A DNA stretch of 59,458 nt from Nocardioidaceae bacterium (GCA_013695785.1 JACCZT010000171.1:1-59458), one strand, 5' to 3'; counted from the stretch's first letter, positions 9,221-19,230 are shown. Notes: generated from the sequence alone by a model not told the origin. Numbers and translations are program-made.

Positions 9221-10906
9221 ATGTTCCCGAGCATCGCCGACGTGCTGGCGCTCCCTGCGGTACGAACCGGTGCACCGCAGGTGGTCGCCGGTGACGCCGG
9301 ACTGCAGCGACGGGTGCGGTGGGTGCACAGCGCCGAGGTACCCGACATCGCGGTGCAGCTGCAGGGTGGCGAGCTGGTGCTCAGCACCGGTATCGCGCTG
9401 CCGGCCGACCACGCGGGGCTCACCGACTACATCCACGCGCTCGCCGACGCCGGCGCCGTCGGACTGATGATCGAGATGGGGCGCCGCTACACCGGCCGGC
9501 TGCCCAAGAGCCTCCTCGCGGCCGCGGACGACCGCGACTTCGCGCTGGTGACGTTGGCCGATCCGACTCCGTTCGTGAACGTCACCGAGGCTGTCCACGC
9601 GATGATCATCGACGCCCAGCTCGGCGAGCTGCAGGCCACGCAGCAGATGCATCATCGCTTCACCGAGCTGTCGGTGGACGGCGCCGAACCCGCCGAGGTC
9701 GTGCGCCAGGTCAGCCAGCTTTCCGGATGCCCTACGGTGCTGGAGACCCTGACACACCAGGTCGTGGTGTACGACCCCGCGGGCCGGTCACCGCGGACGA
9801 TCCTGCACGACTGGGAGCCGCGCTCGCGGCGCATCCAGCCCGCCGAGCGCACCGCGTACGACGTGACGACCAGGTGGCTGGTCACGCTGGTTGGCGCACG
9901 CGGACACGACTGGGGCCGCCTCGTCCTGCTGTGCGACGAGCCACCGGCACCTCGGGTGACGGTGCTCGCCGAACGCGCCGCCGCGACCCTCGCGGTCAAC
10001 CGGCTCGTCACCCGCGAGGTCGACTCACTCGAGCGCCAGAGCCACATCAGCCTGCTCACTGCACTGCGTGACCACCAGCTTCCCGCCGAGGAGATCGCGT
10101 TGCGCTCCGGGGCACTCGGCGTGCCGCTGGTACGCCGCCGGCTCACCGCCCTGGTGGTGCGCACCGCCGGCACTCCCGTGCTCGACACCCCCATGCTCAC
10201 CTGGCAGGCACAGCTCCGCGACCTTGCCGAGACCGTCGCGTCGGCGTGCCGCACGCACGGGGTCCCGGCACTGGTGGGATCGCTCGACGACACCCAGATC
10301 GGCGCCCTGGTGTCGATGCCCGGTGGCGGACGGGAGGCGCCTGCCGCAGCAGAGCGGCTCGACGCGCTCGCCCGTACCATCCACGACCGGGCCCGCGACC
10401 GCCGCAGCCTGACCGGCACCGGCCTCGTCGTCGGAGCCGGCCACACCGTGCAGTCCCCTGCCGAAGCGCGCCGCACCCTTGCCGAGGCGATCCAGGTCGC
10501 CGAGGCCGCGGCGTTGCGGCCGGCAACGGCGGTGCTCCACCGCGTCGGTGACATCCACGTGCGCGGACTGCTCAACCTGCTGCGCGACGATGCCCGGCTG
10601 CAGACGTTCGTCGAGCGCGAGCTTGCCCCGCTGCTGCGCCACGACGCCCAGCACCAGCAGCAAGAGCTGCTGCCCGCCGTGCGCGCGTACCTGGAGTGCG
10701 GCCGCAACAAGTCCAAGGCGGCCACGTTGTCGCACTTGTCGCGTCCGTCGTTCTACGATCGGCTGACGAAGGCGCAGACGATCCTCGACCTCGATCTCGA
10801 CGATGCCGAGATCTGCCTCTCGTTGCACCTGGCGGTGCTCGCTCGTGACGCGATGCGTGGTTCCGTCCCGACCTCGGCGCCGAGCCGCACGAAGGGAAGC
10901 ACATGA
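9221..10906 (+). CDS. PucR-family transcriptional regulator
   Basis: 561 aa with a PucR-type N-terminal sensor region and a C-terminal HTH (NKSKAATLSHLSRPSFYDRL). Divergent from the saccharopine-DH gene. Confidence 0.85.
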   Translation: MFPSIADVLALPAVRTGAPQVVAGDAGLQRRVRWVHSAEVPDIAVQLQGGELVLSTGIALPADHAGLTDYIHALADAGAVGLMIEMGRRYTGRLPKSLLAAADDRDFALVTLADPTPFVNVTEAVHAMIIDAQLGELQATQQMHHRFTELSVDGAEPAEVVRQVSQLSGCPTVLETLTHQVVVYDPAGRSPRTILHDWEPRSRRIQPAERTAYDVTTRWLVTLVGARGHDWGRLVLLCDEPPAPRVTVLAERAAATLAVNRLVTREVDSLERQSHISLLTALRDHQLPAEEIALRSGALGVPLVRRRLTALVVRTAGTPVLDTPMLTWQAQLRDLAETVASACRTHGVPALVGSLDDTQIGALVSMPGGGREAPAAAERLDALARTIHDRARDRRSLTGTGLVVGAGHTVQSPAEARRTLAEAIQVAEAAALRPATAVLHRVGDIHVRGLLNLLRDDARLQTFVERELAPLLRHDAQHQQQELLPAVRAYLECGRNKSKAATLSHLSRPSFYDRLTKAQTILDLDLDDAEICLSLHLAVLARDAMRGSVPTSAPSRTKGST

Positions 10907-11382
10907 GTGAACGACCCGGAGAGCCCGCCAAGACCGCCCTTCTCGACGACAAGGCCAAGGCGATCATCGCTGAGCTCCAGGTCGACGGCCGGCGTTCGTA
11001 CGCCGCCATCGGCAAGGTCGTCGAGCTTTCAGAAGCGGCGGTCCGCCAGCGGGTGCAACGACTCACCGAGGCTGGGGTCATCCAGATCGTGGCCGTCACC
11101 GATCCGTTGGAGATGGGTTTCGGTCGCCAGGCGATGATCGGCATCACCGTCGACGGCAACCTCGAGGCGATCGCCACCGCCGTCGCCGAGCTGGATGAGA
11201 TCGACTACCTCGTCGTCACCACCGGACGTTACGACCTGCTCGCCGAGGTCGTGTGCGAGAACGACGAGCACCTGCTCGAAGTCATCTCCGAGCGGATGCG
11301 CGCCATCGACGGCGTACGTACGACCGAGTCGTTCGTCTACCTCAAGCTTCGCAAACAGACCTACGCCTGGGGCGTCCACTAA
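10903..11382 (+). CDS. Lrp/AsnC-family transcriptional regulator
   Basis: 159 aa with HTH (LDDKAKAIIAELQVDGRRSYAAIGKVVELSEAAVRQRVQRL) plus a RAM/ASNC domain. Its ATG overlaps the PucR stop (ATGA at 10903-10906). Confidence 0.9.
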   Translation: MSERPGEPAKTALLDDKAKAIIAELQVDGRRSYAAIGKVVELSEAAVRQRVQRLTEAGVIQIVAVTDPLEMGFGRQAMIGITVDGNLEAIATAVAELDEIDYLVVTTGRYDLLAEVVCENDEHLLEVISERMRAIDGVRTTESFVYLKLRKQTYAWGVH

Positions 11383-11430
11383 CCCTCGATCCGCAGGTTT
11401 CGGCCCCTCGATCCGCAGGTTCTGGCCCCC
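11383..11430. repeat. 22-bp tandem direct repeat (2 copies + partial third)
   Basis: ccctcgatccgcaggtttcggc / ccctcgatccgcaggttctggc / cccc. A 17-nt core is identical at 11383-11399 and 11405-11421. It starts immediately after the Lrp stop codon, in a convergent spacer. Confidence 0.8.
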
Positions 11431-11439
11431 GTGGGCGGC

Positions 11440-13335
11440 TCAGGGCCGATGCAGGAGCGGCGTGAGCGTCTCGAGCACCGAGGCGTCCTCGATCGTCGAT
11501 GGCGCGGTGGTCGTCCCGGTGTCGACGATCTCGCGCATCGAACGGCGCAAGATCTTGCCCGACCGCGTCTTCGGCAGTGCGGGGACCACCGTCACGCTGC
11601 GGAACGCCGCAACGGCGCCGATCTCGTCACGGACCAAGGCGATGAGCTCAGCAGCGAGATCGTCGCTGTCGGCCTCGACCCCGGACTTCAGCACGACGTA
11701 GCCGCGAGGCGCCTGCCCTTTGAGCGGGTCGGCGACCCCGACGACTGCACACTCCGCCACGGCAGGGTGCTGCGCGAGCACTGCCTCCATCGACCCCGTC
11801 GACAACCGGTGGCCAGCGACATTGATGACGTCGTCCGTGCGCCCCATCACATACAGGTAGCCGTCCTCGTCGACGTAACCGCCGTCACCAGAGAGGTAGT
11901 AGCCGTCGTGGGTCGAGAGGTAGGACGCGACGAAACGTTCGTCGTCCTCCCAGAGCGTCACCAGTGTGCCCGGGGGCATCGGAAGCTTGATGCAGATGGC
12001 GCCCTCGGTCCCGCCCGGCACCTCGGCACCGTCGGGGTCGAGGACGCGGACGTCGTACCCGGGCACCGGGACCGACGGCGACCCGGCCTTGATCGGCATC
12101 GGCTCCAGTCCACGTAGGTTGGCGGCGACCGGCCAGCCGGTCTCGGTCTGCCACCAGTGGTCCACCACGGGTACGCCGAGCTTGTCGCTCACCCAGGCGT
12201 ACGTGTCGGGGTCGAGCCGCTCGCCGGCGAGGAAGACGGTACGCAGGCGCTGCAGGTCATGACCCGCGAGCTGCCCGGCGTCCGGGTCCTCCTTCCTGAT
12301 CGCGCGCACAGCCGTCGGCGCGGCGAACAGTGCGTTGACACCGTGCTCGGCCGCGACCCGCCAGAAAGCACCGGCATCGGGTGTCCCGACGGGCTTCCCC
12401 TCGTACATGACCGTCGTCGCGCCCGCGAACAGCGGCCCGTACACGATGTACGAGTGGCCGACGACCCAGCCGACGTCCGAGGCGGTCCACATCACGTCTC
12501 CGGCGTGGACGTCGTAGACGTGTGTCATTGACCAGGTCAACGCCACGGCGTGACCGCCGTTGTCGCGGACGATGCCCTTCGGTCTGCCTGTCGTACCCGA
12601 GGTGTACAGGATGTACAACGGGTCGGTCGCGGCGACCTCGACGCAAGCAGCAGGGTCGCCGCGGCCCGCGTCCATGGCCCGCTCGAAGTCGACGTCGCGG
12701 CCCTCGATGAGCTCCGCGGTCAGCTGTGGACGCTGCAGGATCACACATGCCTGCGGACGGTGGGAGGAGCGTTCGATGGCCGCGTCGAGCATCGGTTTGT
12801 ACTCCACGACCCGGCTCGGCTCTATGCCGCACGATGCCGAGACGACGACCTTCGGCGTGGCGTCGTCGAGTCGCGCGGCCAGCTCCGCTGGGGCGAAGCC
12901 GCCGAACACGACCGAGTGCACTGCCCCCAGACGCGCGCAGGCAAGCATGGCGATGACCGCTTCGGGCACCATCGGCAGGTAGATCAGGACCCGGTCCCCG
13001 GCGCCGACGCCGAGCTGTCGCAACGCGCCCGCGAAGGCCGCCACCTGCTCGAGCAGCTTGGCGTACGTGTAGGTGCGCTTGCCATCGGTCACCGGGCTGT
13101 CCCAGATCAGCGCGGTCTGGTCGCCTCTACCGCCGACCACGTGGCGGTCTAGCGCGTTGAAACATGTGTTGAGGCTCCCATCGGGAAACCATCGATAGAA
13201 CGGTGCACCGGTGGTGTCCAGCGCACGGGTCGGCTTCTTGATCCAGGTGACTGCTTGGGCTTGGTCGAGCCAGAACGCATCCAGGTCGTCGATGCTTGCC
13301 CGGTACGTCTCGGTGTACTGCCCCATGACGGTCAT
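11440..13335 (-). CDS. AMP-forming acyl-CoA synthetase (propionyl-/acetyl-CoA synthetase family)
   Basis: AMP-binding motif YTSGTTGRPKG and an Acs/PrpE-like N-terminus (YRASIDDLDAFW). The track ORF extends to 13623 through an implausible Arg/Pro-rich extension. Start set to ATG 13335 (ATG 13326 is also possible). Confidence 0.88.
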   Translation of the reverse strand: MTVMGQYTETYRASIDDLDAFWLDQAQAVTWIKKPTRALDTTGAPFYRWFPDGSLNTCFNALDRHVVGGRGDQTALIWDSPVTDGKRTYTYAKLLEQVAAFAGALRQLGVGAGDRVLIYLPMVPEAVIAMLACARLGAVHSVVFGGFAPAELAARLDDATPKVVVSASCGIEPSRVVEYKPMLDAAIERSSHRPQACVILQRPQLTAELIEGRDVDFERAMDAGRGDPAACVEVAATDPLYILYTSGTTGRPKGIVRDNGGHAVALTWSMTHVYDVHAGDVMWTASDVGWVVGHSYIVYGPLFAGATTVMYEGKPVGTPDAGAFWRVAAEHGVNALFAAPTAVRAIRKEDPDAGQLAGHDLQRLRTVFLAGERLDPDTYAWVSDKLGVPVVDHWWQTETGWPVAANLRGLEPMPIKAGSPSVPVPGYDVRVLDPDGAEVPGGTEGAICIKLPMPPGTLVTLWEDDERFVASYLSTHDGYYLSGDGGYVDEDGYLYVMGRTDDVINVAGHRLSTGSMEAVLAQHPAVAECAVVGVADPLKGQAPRGYVVLKSGVEADSDDLAAELIALVRDEIGAVAAFRSVTVVPALPKTRSGKILRRSMREIVDTGTTTAPSTIEDASVLETLTPLLHRP

Positions 13336-13405
13336 CTTGGCACTCGTACGCTCCTCGCGCAGGGGCCAGAACCTGCGGATCGCGGGGTGGTGGTGGCCGC
13401 TCGGC

Positions 13406-14560
13406 TCAGGTGTCGGTGGCGGCGAGCTGGCCGCAGGCGCCGTCGATCTCTCGTCCGCGGGTGTCGCGCACCGTCGTCGGAACACCCTTGGCCTGCAGCC
13501 TGCGTACGAACTCGGCTTCGTCCTCGCGCCGCGACGCGGTCCAGATCGAACCCGGAGTCGGGTTGAGCGGGATGAGGTTGACGTGCACCCAGCTCCAGTC
13601 GCCATACGAGCGGAGCACGTCACCGAGCAGGTCGGCGCGCCAGGCCTGGTCGTTGATGTCCTTGATCATCGCGTACTCGATCGACACGCGCCGCTTGGTA
13701 CGCCGGGCGTACTCCCAGGCCACCGCGACGACATCGTGCACCTTCCACCGGGTGTTGACGGGCACCAGCTCGTCCCGCAGCTCGTCATCGGGTGCGTGCA
13801 AGGACACTGCGAGGGTGACCGGGATGTCCTCGTCGGCGAGCTGGTTGATCCGCGGCACGAGACCGACGGTGCTGACCGTGATCCCGCGTGCGGACATGCC
13901 GAGCCCGTCCGGTGCAGGCGCCACCATCGTGCGGATGGCACCGATCACGGCCTTGTAGTTGGCCATCGGCTCGCCCATGCCCATGAACACGACGTTGGAC
14001 AGTCGCCCTGCACCGCCCGGCACGTCGCCGCGGGCCATCGCGCGGGCACCGTCGACGACCTGCTCGACGATCTCACCGGCTGACATGTTGCGCTGAAGCC
14101 CGCCCTGTCCGGTCGCGCAGAACGGACACGCCATCCCGCATCCGGCCTGGCTTGACACGCAGATCGTCGCGCGGTCGGGGTACCGCATCAGAACCGACTC
14201 GACCAGCGCGCCGTCGAAAAGCCGCCACAAGGTCTTGCGCGTCGTGCCGCCGTCCGCCTCGAGGCTTCGTACGGGCGTCAGCAGCGCAGGGAGCAGGTCG
14301 GCGACGAGCCGGTCGCGGCTGGCGGCCGGCAGGTCGGTCATGTCGGCGGGGTCGTCGACGAGCCGCGTGAAGTAGTGGCGCGCGAGCTGCTTGGCACGGT
14401 ACGCGGGCTCGCCGAGCGCCTCGGCCGCCACCGTGCGTCCGTCGGCGTCGAGGTCGGCGAGGTGCCGCGGCGGCTTCCTGCGACCCCGTGGCTGGTCGAA
14501 GACCAGCGGCAGCGGCGTGGGGTTGACCGAACCTGCACGGCTCTGCTGTGCGTCGCTCAT
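13406..14560 (-). CDS. rlmN: 23S rRNA/tRNA (adenine-C2)-methyltransferase RlmN (radical SAM)
   Basis: Radical-SAM cluster motif CGMACPFC and RlmN-like termini. The ATG at 14558-14560 overlaps the cdsA stop (ATGA). Confidence 0.93.
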   Translation of the reverse strand: MSDAQQSRAGSVNPTPLPLVFDQPRGRRKPPRHLADLDADGRTVAAEALGEPAYRAKQLARHYFTRLVDDPADMTDLPAASRDRLVADLLPALLTPVRSLEADGGTTRKTLWRLFDGALVESVLMRYPDRATICVSSQAGCGMACPFCATGQGGLQRNMSAGEIVEQVVDGARAMARGDVPGGAGRLSNVVFMGMGEPMANYKAVIGAIRTMVAPAPDGLGMSARGITVSTVGLVPRINQLADEDIPVTLAVSLHAPDDELRDELVPVNTRWKVHDVVAVAWEYARRTKRRVSIEYAMIKDINDQAWRADLLGDVLRSYGDWSWVHVNLIPLNPTPGSIWTASRREDEAEFVRRLQAKGVPTTVRDTRGREIDGACGQLAATDT

Positions 14561-15447
14561 GGTCCAGCGACCGGGACGAAGAGCTCGAGGATGAGCCAAC
14601 ACACCGGCGCGACGGCGAGCAGAGAGTCCAGCCGGTCCATGACCCCCCCGTGCCCGGGCAGCATGTTGCCCATGTCCTTCAGGCCGAGGTCCCGCTTGAT
14701 CAGCGACTCGCTCAGGTCGCCCAGCGTCGCCATCGCGACCGCTGCCACGCCGAGGACGACGCCGACCCACCAGTCACCCTCGAGCGCGAACACGACCGTG
14801 CAGACACCGGCCGCCAGCCCGCCGACGAGCGACCCAACGAACCCCTCCCACGACTTCTTCGGGCTGATCGTGGGTGCCATCTGGTGCTTGCCGAGCGTCG
14901 CACCGGCGGCGTACCCGAAGATGTCGGAGGCGATGGTGCAGACGATGAACGTCACGATCCGCCACGGACCGTCGTCCTCGGCGAGCAGTAGGACGACGAA
15001 CGATCCGAGGATCGGCAGGTACGCCACGACGAAGATGCCGGCGGTGACGTCGCGGACGTACCCTACGGCGCCGTCGGTGAGCCGCCAGATGAGGATGGCC
15101 ACCACGGTCAGGGCGGTGCCTACCGCGACCGCCTCGACACCGCCGTAGTAGCCGCCGGCCAGGATCACCGCACCGCCGACGAGCACCGGAACCAGGGGAA
15201 CGCGGGTGCCGTTCGTCGCCAGGGCCCGCGACAGCTCGATGGTCCCGAGGACAGCGGCGACAAGAACGATCGCGACGAATCCGATCCTGGCGAACATCAG
15301 CGACGCGATGATGAGGATGCCGAGCCCGAGACCCACCCCGATCGCGGCGGGCAGGTCGCGCCCGGCACGACTCGATGTCGGCGCAGGCGGGACTCGGGTG
15401 TCGCCGCTCGGCGGACCTGAGGGCCCAGGCGGATCAGAAGACGTCAC
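14557..15447 (-). CDS. cdsA: phosphatidate cytidylyltransferase
   Basis: Multi-TM protein with the CdsA C-terminal signature ([28 protein letters not shown]). GTG start. Conserved frr-cdsA synteny. Confidence 0.9.
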   Translation of the reverse strand: MTSSDPPGPSGPPSGDTRVPPAPTSSRAGRDLPAAIGVGLGLGILIIASLMFARIGFVAIVLVAAVLGTIELSRALATNGTRVPLVPVLVGGAVILAGGYYGGVEAVAVGTALTVVAILIWRLTDGAVGYVRDVTAGIFVVAYLPILGSFVVLLLAEDDGPWRIVTFIVCTIASDIFGYAAGATLGKHQMAPTISPKKSWEGFVGSLVGGLAAGVCTVVFALEGDWWVGVVLGVAAVAMATLGDLSESLIKRDLGLKDMGNMLPGHGGVMDRLDSLLAVAPVCWLILELFVPVAGP

Positions 15448-15450
15448 AGG

Positions 15451-16008
15451 TCAGACCTCGAGGAGCTCGGCTTCCTTGTTCTTGAGCAGCTCGTCGATGG
15501 AGTCCACGTGCTTCTTGGTCAGCCCGTCGAGCCGCTTCTCGGCGCCGGTCACGTCGTCCTGGCTGATCTCGCCGTCCTTCTCCGACCGGTCGAGCGCCTG
15601 CTTCGCGGTGCGACGGATGTTGCGTACGGCGACGCGCCCGTCCTCGGCCTTGGACCGGGCGAGCTTGGCGTACTCGCGGCGACGGTCCTGCGTCAGCTCG
15701 GGCATCGTGACACGCAGGACCTTGCCGTCGTCGGTCGGGTTGACGCCGAGGTCGGAGTCTCGGATGGCCTTCTCGATGGCTGCCTTGGCGGACACGTCGT
15801 ACGGGTTGATCAGGACCATCCGCGGCTCTGGCACGGTGAAGCCCGCGAGCTGCTGGATCGGAGTCGGCGTGCCGTAGTAGTCCGCGGTGATCTTGGCGAA
15901 CATCGCGGGGTGGGCGCGTCCGGTACGGATCGCGGCGAACTCCTCACGCGCGTGCTCGACCGCCTTGGCCATCTTGGCATCGGCGTCACGCAGGATCTCG
16001 TCAATCAC
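15451..16008 (-). CDS. frr: ribosome recycling factor
   Basis: 185 aa, full-length RRF-like sequence (MIDEILRDADAKMAKAVEH...RTGRAHPAMF...). Confidence 0.97.
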   Translation of the reverse strand: MIDEILRDADAKMAKAVEHAREEFAAIRTGRAHPAMFAKITADYYGTPTPIQQLAGFTVPEPRMVLINPYDVSAKAAIEKAIRDSDLGVNPTDDGKVLRVTMPELTQDRRREYAKLARSKAEDGRVAVRNIRRTAKQALDRSEKDGEISQDDVTGAEKRLDGLTKKHVDSIDELLKNKEAELLEV

Positions 16009-16059
16009 AGTCTTCTCCAGTCACTTTGCATCGTCACGCTGCCGGCGGGTGTCGCACCG

Positions 16060-16803
16060 TCATGCGTGTACGAGGGTTCCGATCTTCTCACCACGAAGGA
16101 CGCGGGTGATGTTGCCCTCGCCTTCCATGCCGAACACAATCATCGGCAGCTTGTTCTCCATGCACAGCGCGAACGCAGTGGCGTCGGCCACCCGCAGTCC
16201 GCGCTGCAGCGCTTCGGTGTACGTGATGGAGTCCAACCGGGTCGCGTGTGGATCCTTGTGGGGGTCAGCGGTGTAGACGCCGTCCACCCCGTTCTTGCCC
16301 ATCAGCACGGTGTCGCACCTGATCTCCAGCGCACGCTGCGCGGCGACGGTGTCGGTGGAGAAGTACGGCATGCCCGCTCCGGCACCGAAGATCACCGCCC
16401 GCCCCTTCTCCAGGTGTCGGATCGCGCGTCGCGGGATGTACGGTTCGGCGACCTGCCCCATGGTGATCGCGGTCTGCACCCGCGTCTCGATGCCTTGCTT
16501 CTCCAGGAAGTCCTGCAGCGCGAGACAGTTCATCACGATGCCGAGCATGCCCATGTAGTCGGCGCGGGCGCGATCCATGCCGCGTTGCTGGAGCTCGGCA
16601 CCGCGGAAGAAGTTTCCGCCGCCGATCACGATGGCGACCTGGACACCGTCGCGTACGACGTCGGCGATCTGCCGGGCGATGCCGTGGACGACGTCCGGGT
16701 CGAGCCCGACGTCACCACCTCCGAAGACCGCACCGGAGAGCTTGAGCAGCACGCGTCGGACAGGAGCGGGGGCCGGGCCGTCGACTGCTTCGGTTACGTC
16801 CAC
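16060..16803 (-). CDS. pyrH: UMP kinase
   Basis: 247 aa with [13 protein letters not shown] and [21 protein letters not shown] motifs. GTG start. Confidence 0.97.
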   Translation of the reverse strand: MDVTEAVDGPAPAPVRRVLLKLSGAVFGGGDVGLDPDVVHGIARQIADVVRDGVQVAIVIGGGNFFRGAELQQRGMDRARADYMGMLGIVMNCLALQDFLEKQGIETRVQTAITMGQVAEPYIPRRAIRHLEKGRAVIFGAGAGMPYFSTDTVAAQRALEIRCDTVLMGKNGVDGVYTADPHKDPHATRLDSITYTEALQRGLRVADATAFALCMENKLPMIVFGMEGEGNITRVLRGEKIGTLVHA

Positions 16804-16832
16804 GGATCGGGCCTCCAGTTGCTCGTCAGTTG

Positions 16833-16855
16833 AGTCTGCCTGATTCTTGCAGACT
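16833..16855 (-). terminator. hairpin immediately downstream of tsf stop (possible I-shaped terminator/attenuator)
   Basis: 7-bp perfect stem AGTCTGC / GCAGACT with a 9-nt loop, starting 2 nt after the tsf stop codon on the minus strand. There is no U-tail, so function is uncertain. Confidence 0.35.
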
Positions 16856-16857
16856 GC

Positions 16858-17676
16858 TCAGGCACCGATCTCGATGTGTGCGAACCGCTTCAGCGTCACA
16901 CCGGCGTCGTCCAGGACTGCCTTGACCGTGCGCTTGTTGTCCTGCACCGACGGCTGGTCGAGCAGGACGACCTCCTTGAAGAAGCCGTTGAGGCGTCCCT
17001 CGATGATCCTGGGCAGCGCCTGCTCGGGCTTGCCCTCCTCGCGGGCGGTCGCCTCGGCGATCTCGCGCTCCTTGGCGACGATGTCGGCCGGTACCTCATC
17101 GCGGGTGAGGTAACGGGGCCGCATTGCCGCGATCTGCATGGCGGCGCCGCGGGCGACCTGCTCGGCCGAACCCTCGAACTCCACGAGCACGCCGACCGCT
17201 GCCGGCAGGTCGCTCGCGCGGCGGTGCATGTACGACGTGACCTGACCGTCGAGACTGGCGACGCGCCCCAGCTCGATCTTCTCGCCGATCACGGCGGCGA
17301 GCTCGGCGACCGTATCGGCAACGCTCTTGCCCGTGCTCAGCGTCGTCGCAGCGAACTCCTCGGCGTCGGCCGGTCTGCTCTCGTCGGCCGCTGCGGCGAG
17401 CTGCTCCGCGAGCGCGATGAACTTGTCGTTCTTGGCGACGAAGTCGGTCTCGGAGTTGAGCTCGACCAGCGCCGAGCCGTGGGTTGCCACGAGCCCAGAG
17501 GACGCCTCGCGCTCGGCCCCACGCTTGGCGGCCTTCACCGCGCCACTGATCCGCAGCGCCTCCACGGCCTTGTCGAAGTCGCCGTCGGCCTGGGTGAGTG
17601 CCTTCTTGGCATCCATCATCCCGGCGCCGGTGGCGTCACGGAGCTTCTTGACTTCTGCGGCAGCGATGTTCGCCAT
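16858..17676 (-). CDS. tsf: translation elongation factor Ts
   Basis: Track ORF trimmed to ATG 17676. N-terminus [27 protein letters not shown] is the canonical EF-Ts UBA-like start. Confidence 0.97.
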   Translation of the reverse strand: MANIAAAEVKKLRDATGAGMMDAKKALTQADGDFDKAVEALRISGAVKAAKRGAEREASSGLVATHGSALVELNSETDFVAKNDKFIALAEQLAAAADESRPADAEEFAATTLSTGKSVADTVAELAAVIGEKIELGRVASLDGQVTSYMHRRASDLPAAVGVLVEFEGSAEQVARGAAMQIAAMRPRYLTRDEVPADIVAKEREIAEATAREEGKPEQALPRIIEGRLNGFFKEVVLLDQPSVQDNKRTVKAVLDDAGVTLKRFAHIEIGA

Positions 17677-17778
17677 TGCCTCGCCTCTTCTGTTCTGCGC
17701 CGGGGTCGCCAGCGCGTGGTGTGTACGTAGGTGACCGGCTGCTGGGCGTGGGTCGAGCACGCGCCAGCAGTAGGCCGA

Positions 17779-18870
17779 TCAGGCTTGCGCTTCGGGCTTG
17801 TCCTCAGCGGCGGCGGGAGCCGGCACGTCGGTGCCCTCTGTCGCGACGGGAGCTACCTCGTCGGTCGCTGCCTCCGCTGCATCGTCGGCGACCTCGTCGG
17901 TCGCCTCAGCGACGGGGTCGGTGCCCGCGGCGTCGCTCGGCTCGGTCTGGACGGTCGCTGCCGGGGCGGTGTCCACCGGCTCCACGGCCGGCTCAGTCTG
18001 TCCGGCTTCGGACGATGCCCCGGTGGCCTCGGCGGCGAGAGCCTCGGTGGATGCGTCGCCTCCGGTCACCTCGACGGCGACCGACGCGGTGGTGCCCTCA
18101 GCGAGCTCGCGCTCCCAGTCCGCGAGTGGCTCGTCGGCGCCGAGCTCGGCGCCTGGCGCGGTCTCGGCGCCCTTTGCCGTGCCACGAGCGATGAGTCCTT
18201 CACCGACGGCGTCGGCGATGACGCGGGTCAGCAGGGTGACCGAACGAATGGCGTCGTCGTTGCCCGGGATCGGGTAGTCGACGTCATCGGGGTCGCAGTT
18301 GGTGTCCAGGATCGCGATGACCGGGATCTTGAGCTTCTTGGCCTCATCGACGGCCAGATGCTCCTTCTTGGTGTCGATGATCCAGACCGCCGACGGCACT
18401 CGTCCCATGTCGCGGATGCCGCCCAGGGTGCGCGCGAGCTTGTCGTGCTCGCGCTTCATCTGCAGCAGCTCCTTCTTGGTACGTCCCGAGGCGGCGACGT
18501 CGTCGAAGTCGATCTCCTCGAGCTCCTTCAGACGCTTGATACGTTCGTTGACCGTCTGGAAGTTGGTGAGCATGCCGCCGAGCCAGCGCTGGTTGACGTA
18601 CGGCTGGCCGACCCGGGTGGCCTGCTCGGAGATGGTCTCCTGCGCCTGGCGCTTGGTACCCACGAACAGCACCGAACCGCCCTTGGCGACGGTGTTCTTG
18701 ACGAACTCGTACCCGCGGTCGATGTAGGCCAGCGACTGCTGCAGGTCGATGATGTAGATGCCGTTGCGCTCGGTGAAGATGAATCGCTTCATCTTGGGGT
18801 TCCAACGGCGGGTCTGGTGCCCGAAGTGAACGCCGCTCTCGAGAAGCTGACGCATGGTGACAACGGCCAT
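17779..18870 (-). CDS. rpsB: 30S ribosomal protein S2 with long acidic Ala/Glu/Thr/Pro-rich C-terminal tail
   Basis: Track ORF trimmed to ATG 18870, preceded by [34 protein letters not shown] is the canonical S2 N-terminus. 363 aa in total. Confidence 0.97.
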   Translation of the reverse strand: MAVVTMRQLLESGVHFGHQTRRWNPKMKRFIFTERNGIYIIDLQQSLAYIDRGYEFVKNTVAKGGSVLFVGTKRQAQETISEQATRVGQPYVNQRWLGGMLTNFQTVNERIKRLKELEEIDFDDVAASGRTKKELLQMKREHDKLARTLGGIRDMGRVPSAVWIIDTKKEHLAVDEAKKLKIPVIAILDTNCDPDDVDYPIPGNDDAIRSVTLLTRVIADAVGEGLIARGTAKGAETAPGAELGADEPLADWERELAEGTTASVAVEVTGGDASTEALAAEATGASSEAGQTEPAVEPVDTAPAATVQTEPSDAAGTDPVAEATDEVADDAAEAATDEVAPVATEGTDVPAPAAAEDKPEAQA

Positions 18871-19230
18871 GACCGTTTCCTCCTCAGCCGGGCACGTCTG
18901 CGCCAAGCCCTTGCCTAGTTGGTCGCACCGACGGTTGCCGGTGCCCTGGCGCCCGACACGCGACCCACCCCGCGTCATGCGGGGACCAGGATCGCGCCAA
19001 TGCAAGCAGTGGTCTGCGGGCGCGCGAAGTCACCTCCGAAGAGGTGCTCGTAGGAGTCTACGTCAGGGGAAACGCCCGGCGCGAATCGTCCGCAAGGCCT
19101 GACGACGCAAGTCACCCGCGTGCCAGACATGGACCCATCGCCGTCCACAGGCGCTCGTGTCATCGCCGCCATCCACAGCTGACCGGCGCCAGCCAGACGA
19201 TAGACCCACCAGCGGCCACCCTGATACGTC

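Noticed and set aside
13336-13623. Long N-terminal extensions on the acyl-CoA synthetase (and likewise on rlmN, rpsB, tsf, rnhB, rplS, ilvE and the KH protein) in the ORF track
   Set aside because: The extensions are Arg/Pro/Gly-rich, overlap neighbouring genes and precede canonical conserved N-termini that have their own SD sequences or 4-nt stop-start overlaps. They are artefacts of longest-ORF calling.
15508-16833. 441-aa plus-strand ORF
   Set aside because: It lies entirely antisense to frr and pyrH, whose translations are unmistakable. Its own translation is Arg/Gly/Val/His-rich and low-complexity, as is typical of shadow ORFs in high-GC DNA.
19050-19130. GGGGA / GAATC motifs upstream of the M23 peptidase suggesting a ydaO (c-di-AMP) riboswitch
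   Set aside because: I could find only one copy of each conserved block, whereas the ydaO fold is pseudo-two-fold symmetric and needs both halves. This is kept only as something to test with cmsearch, not called as a feature.
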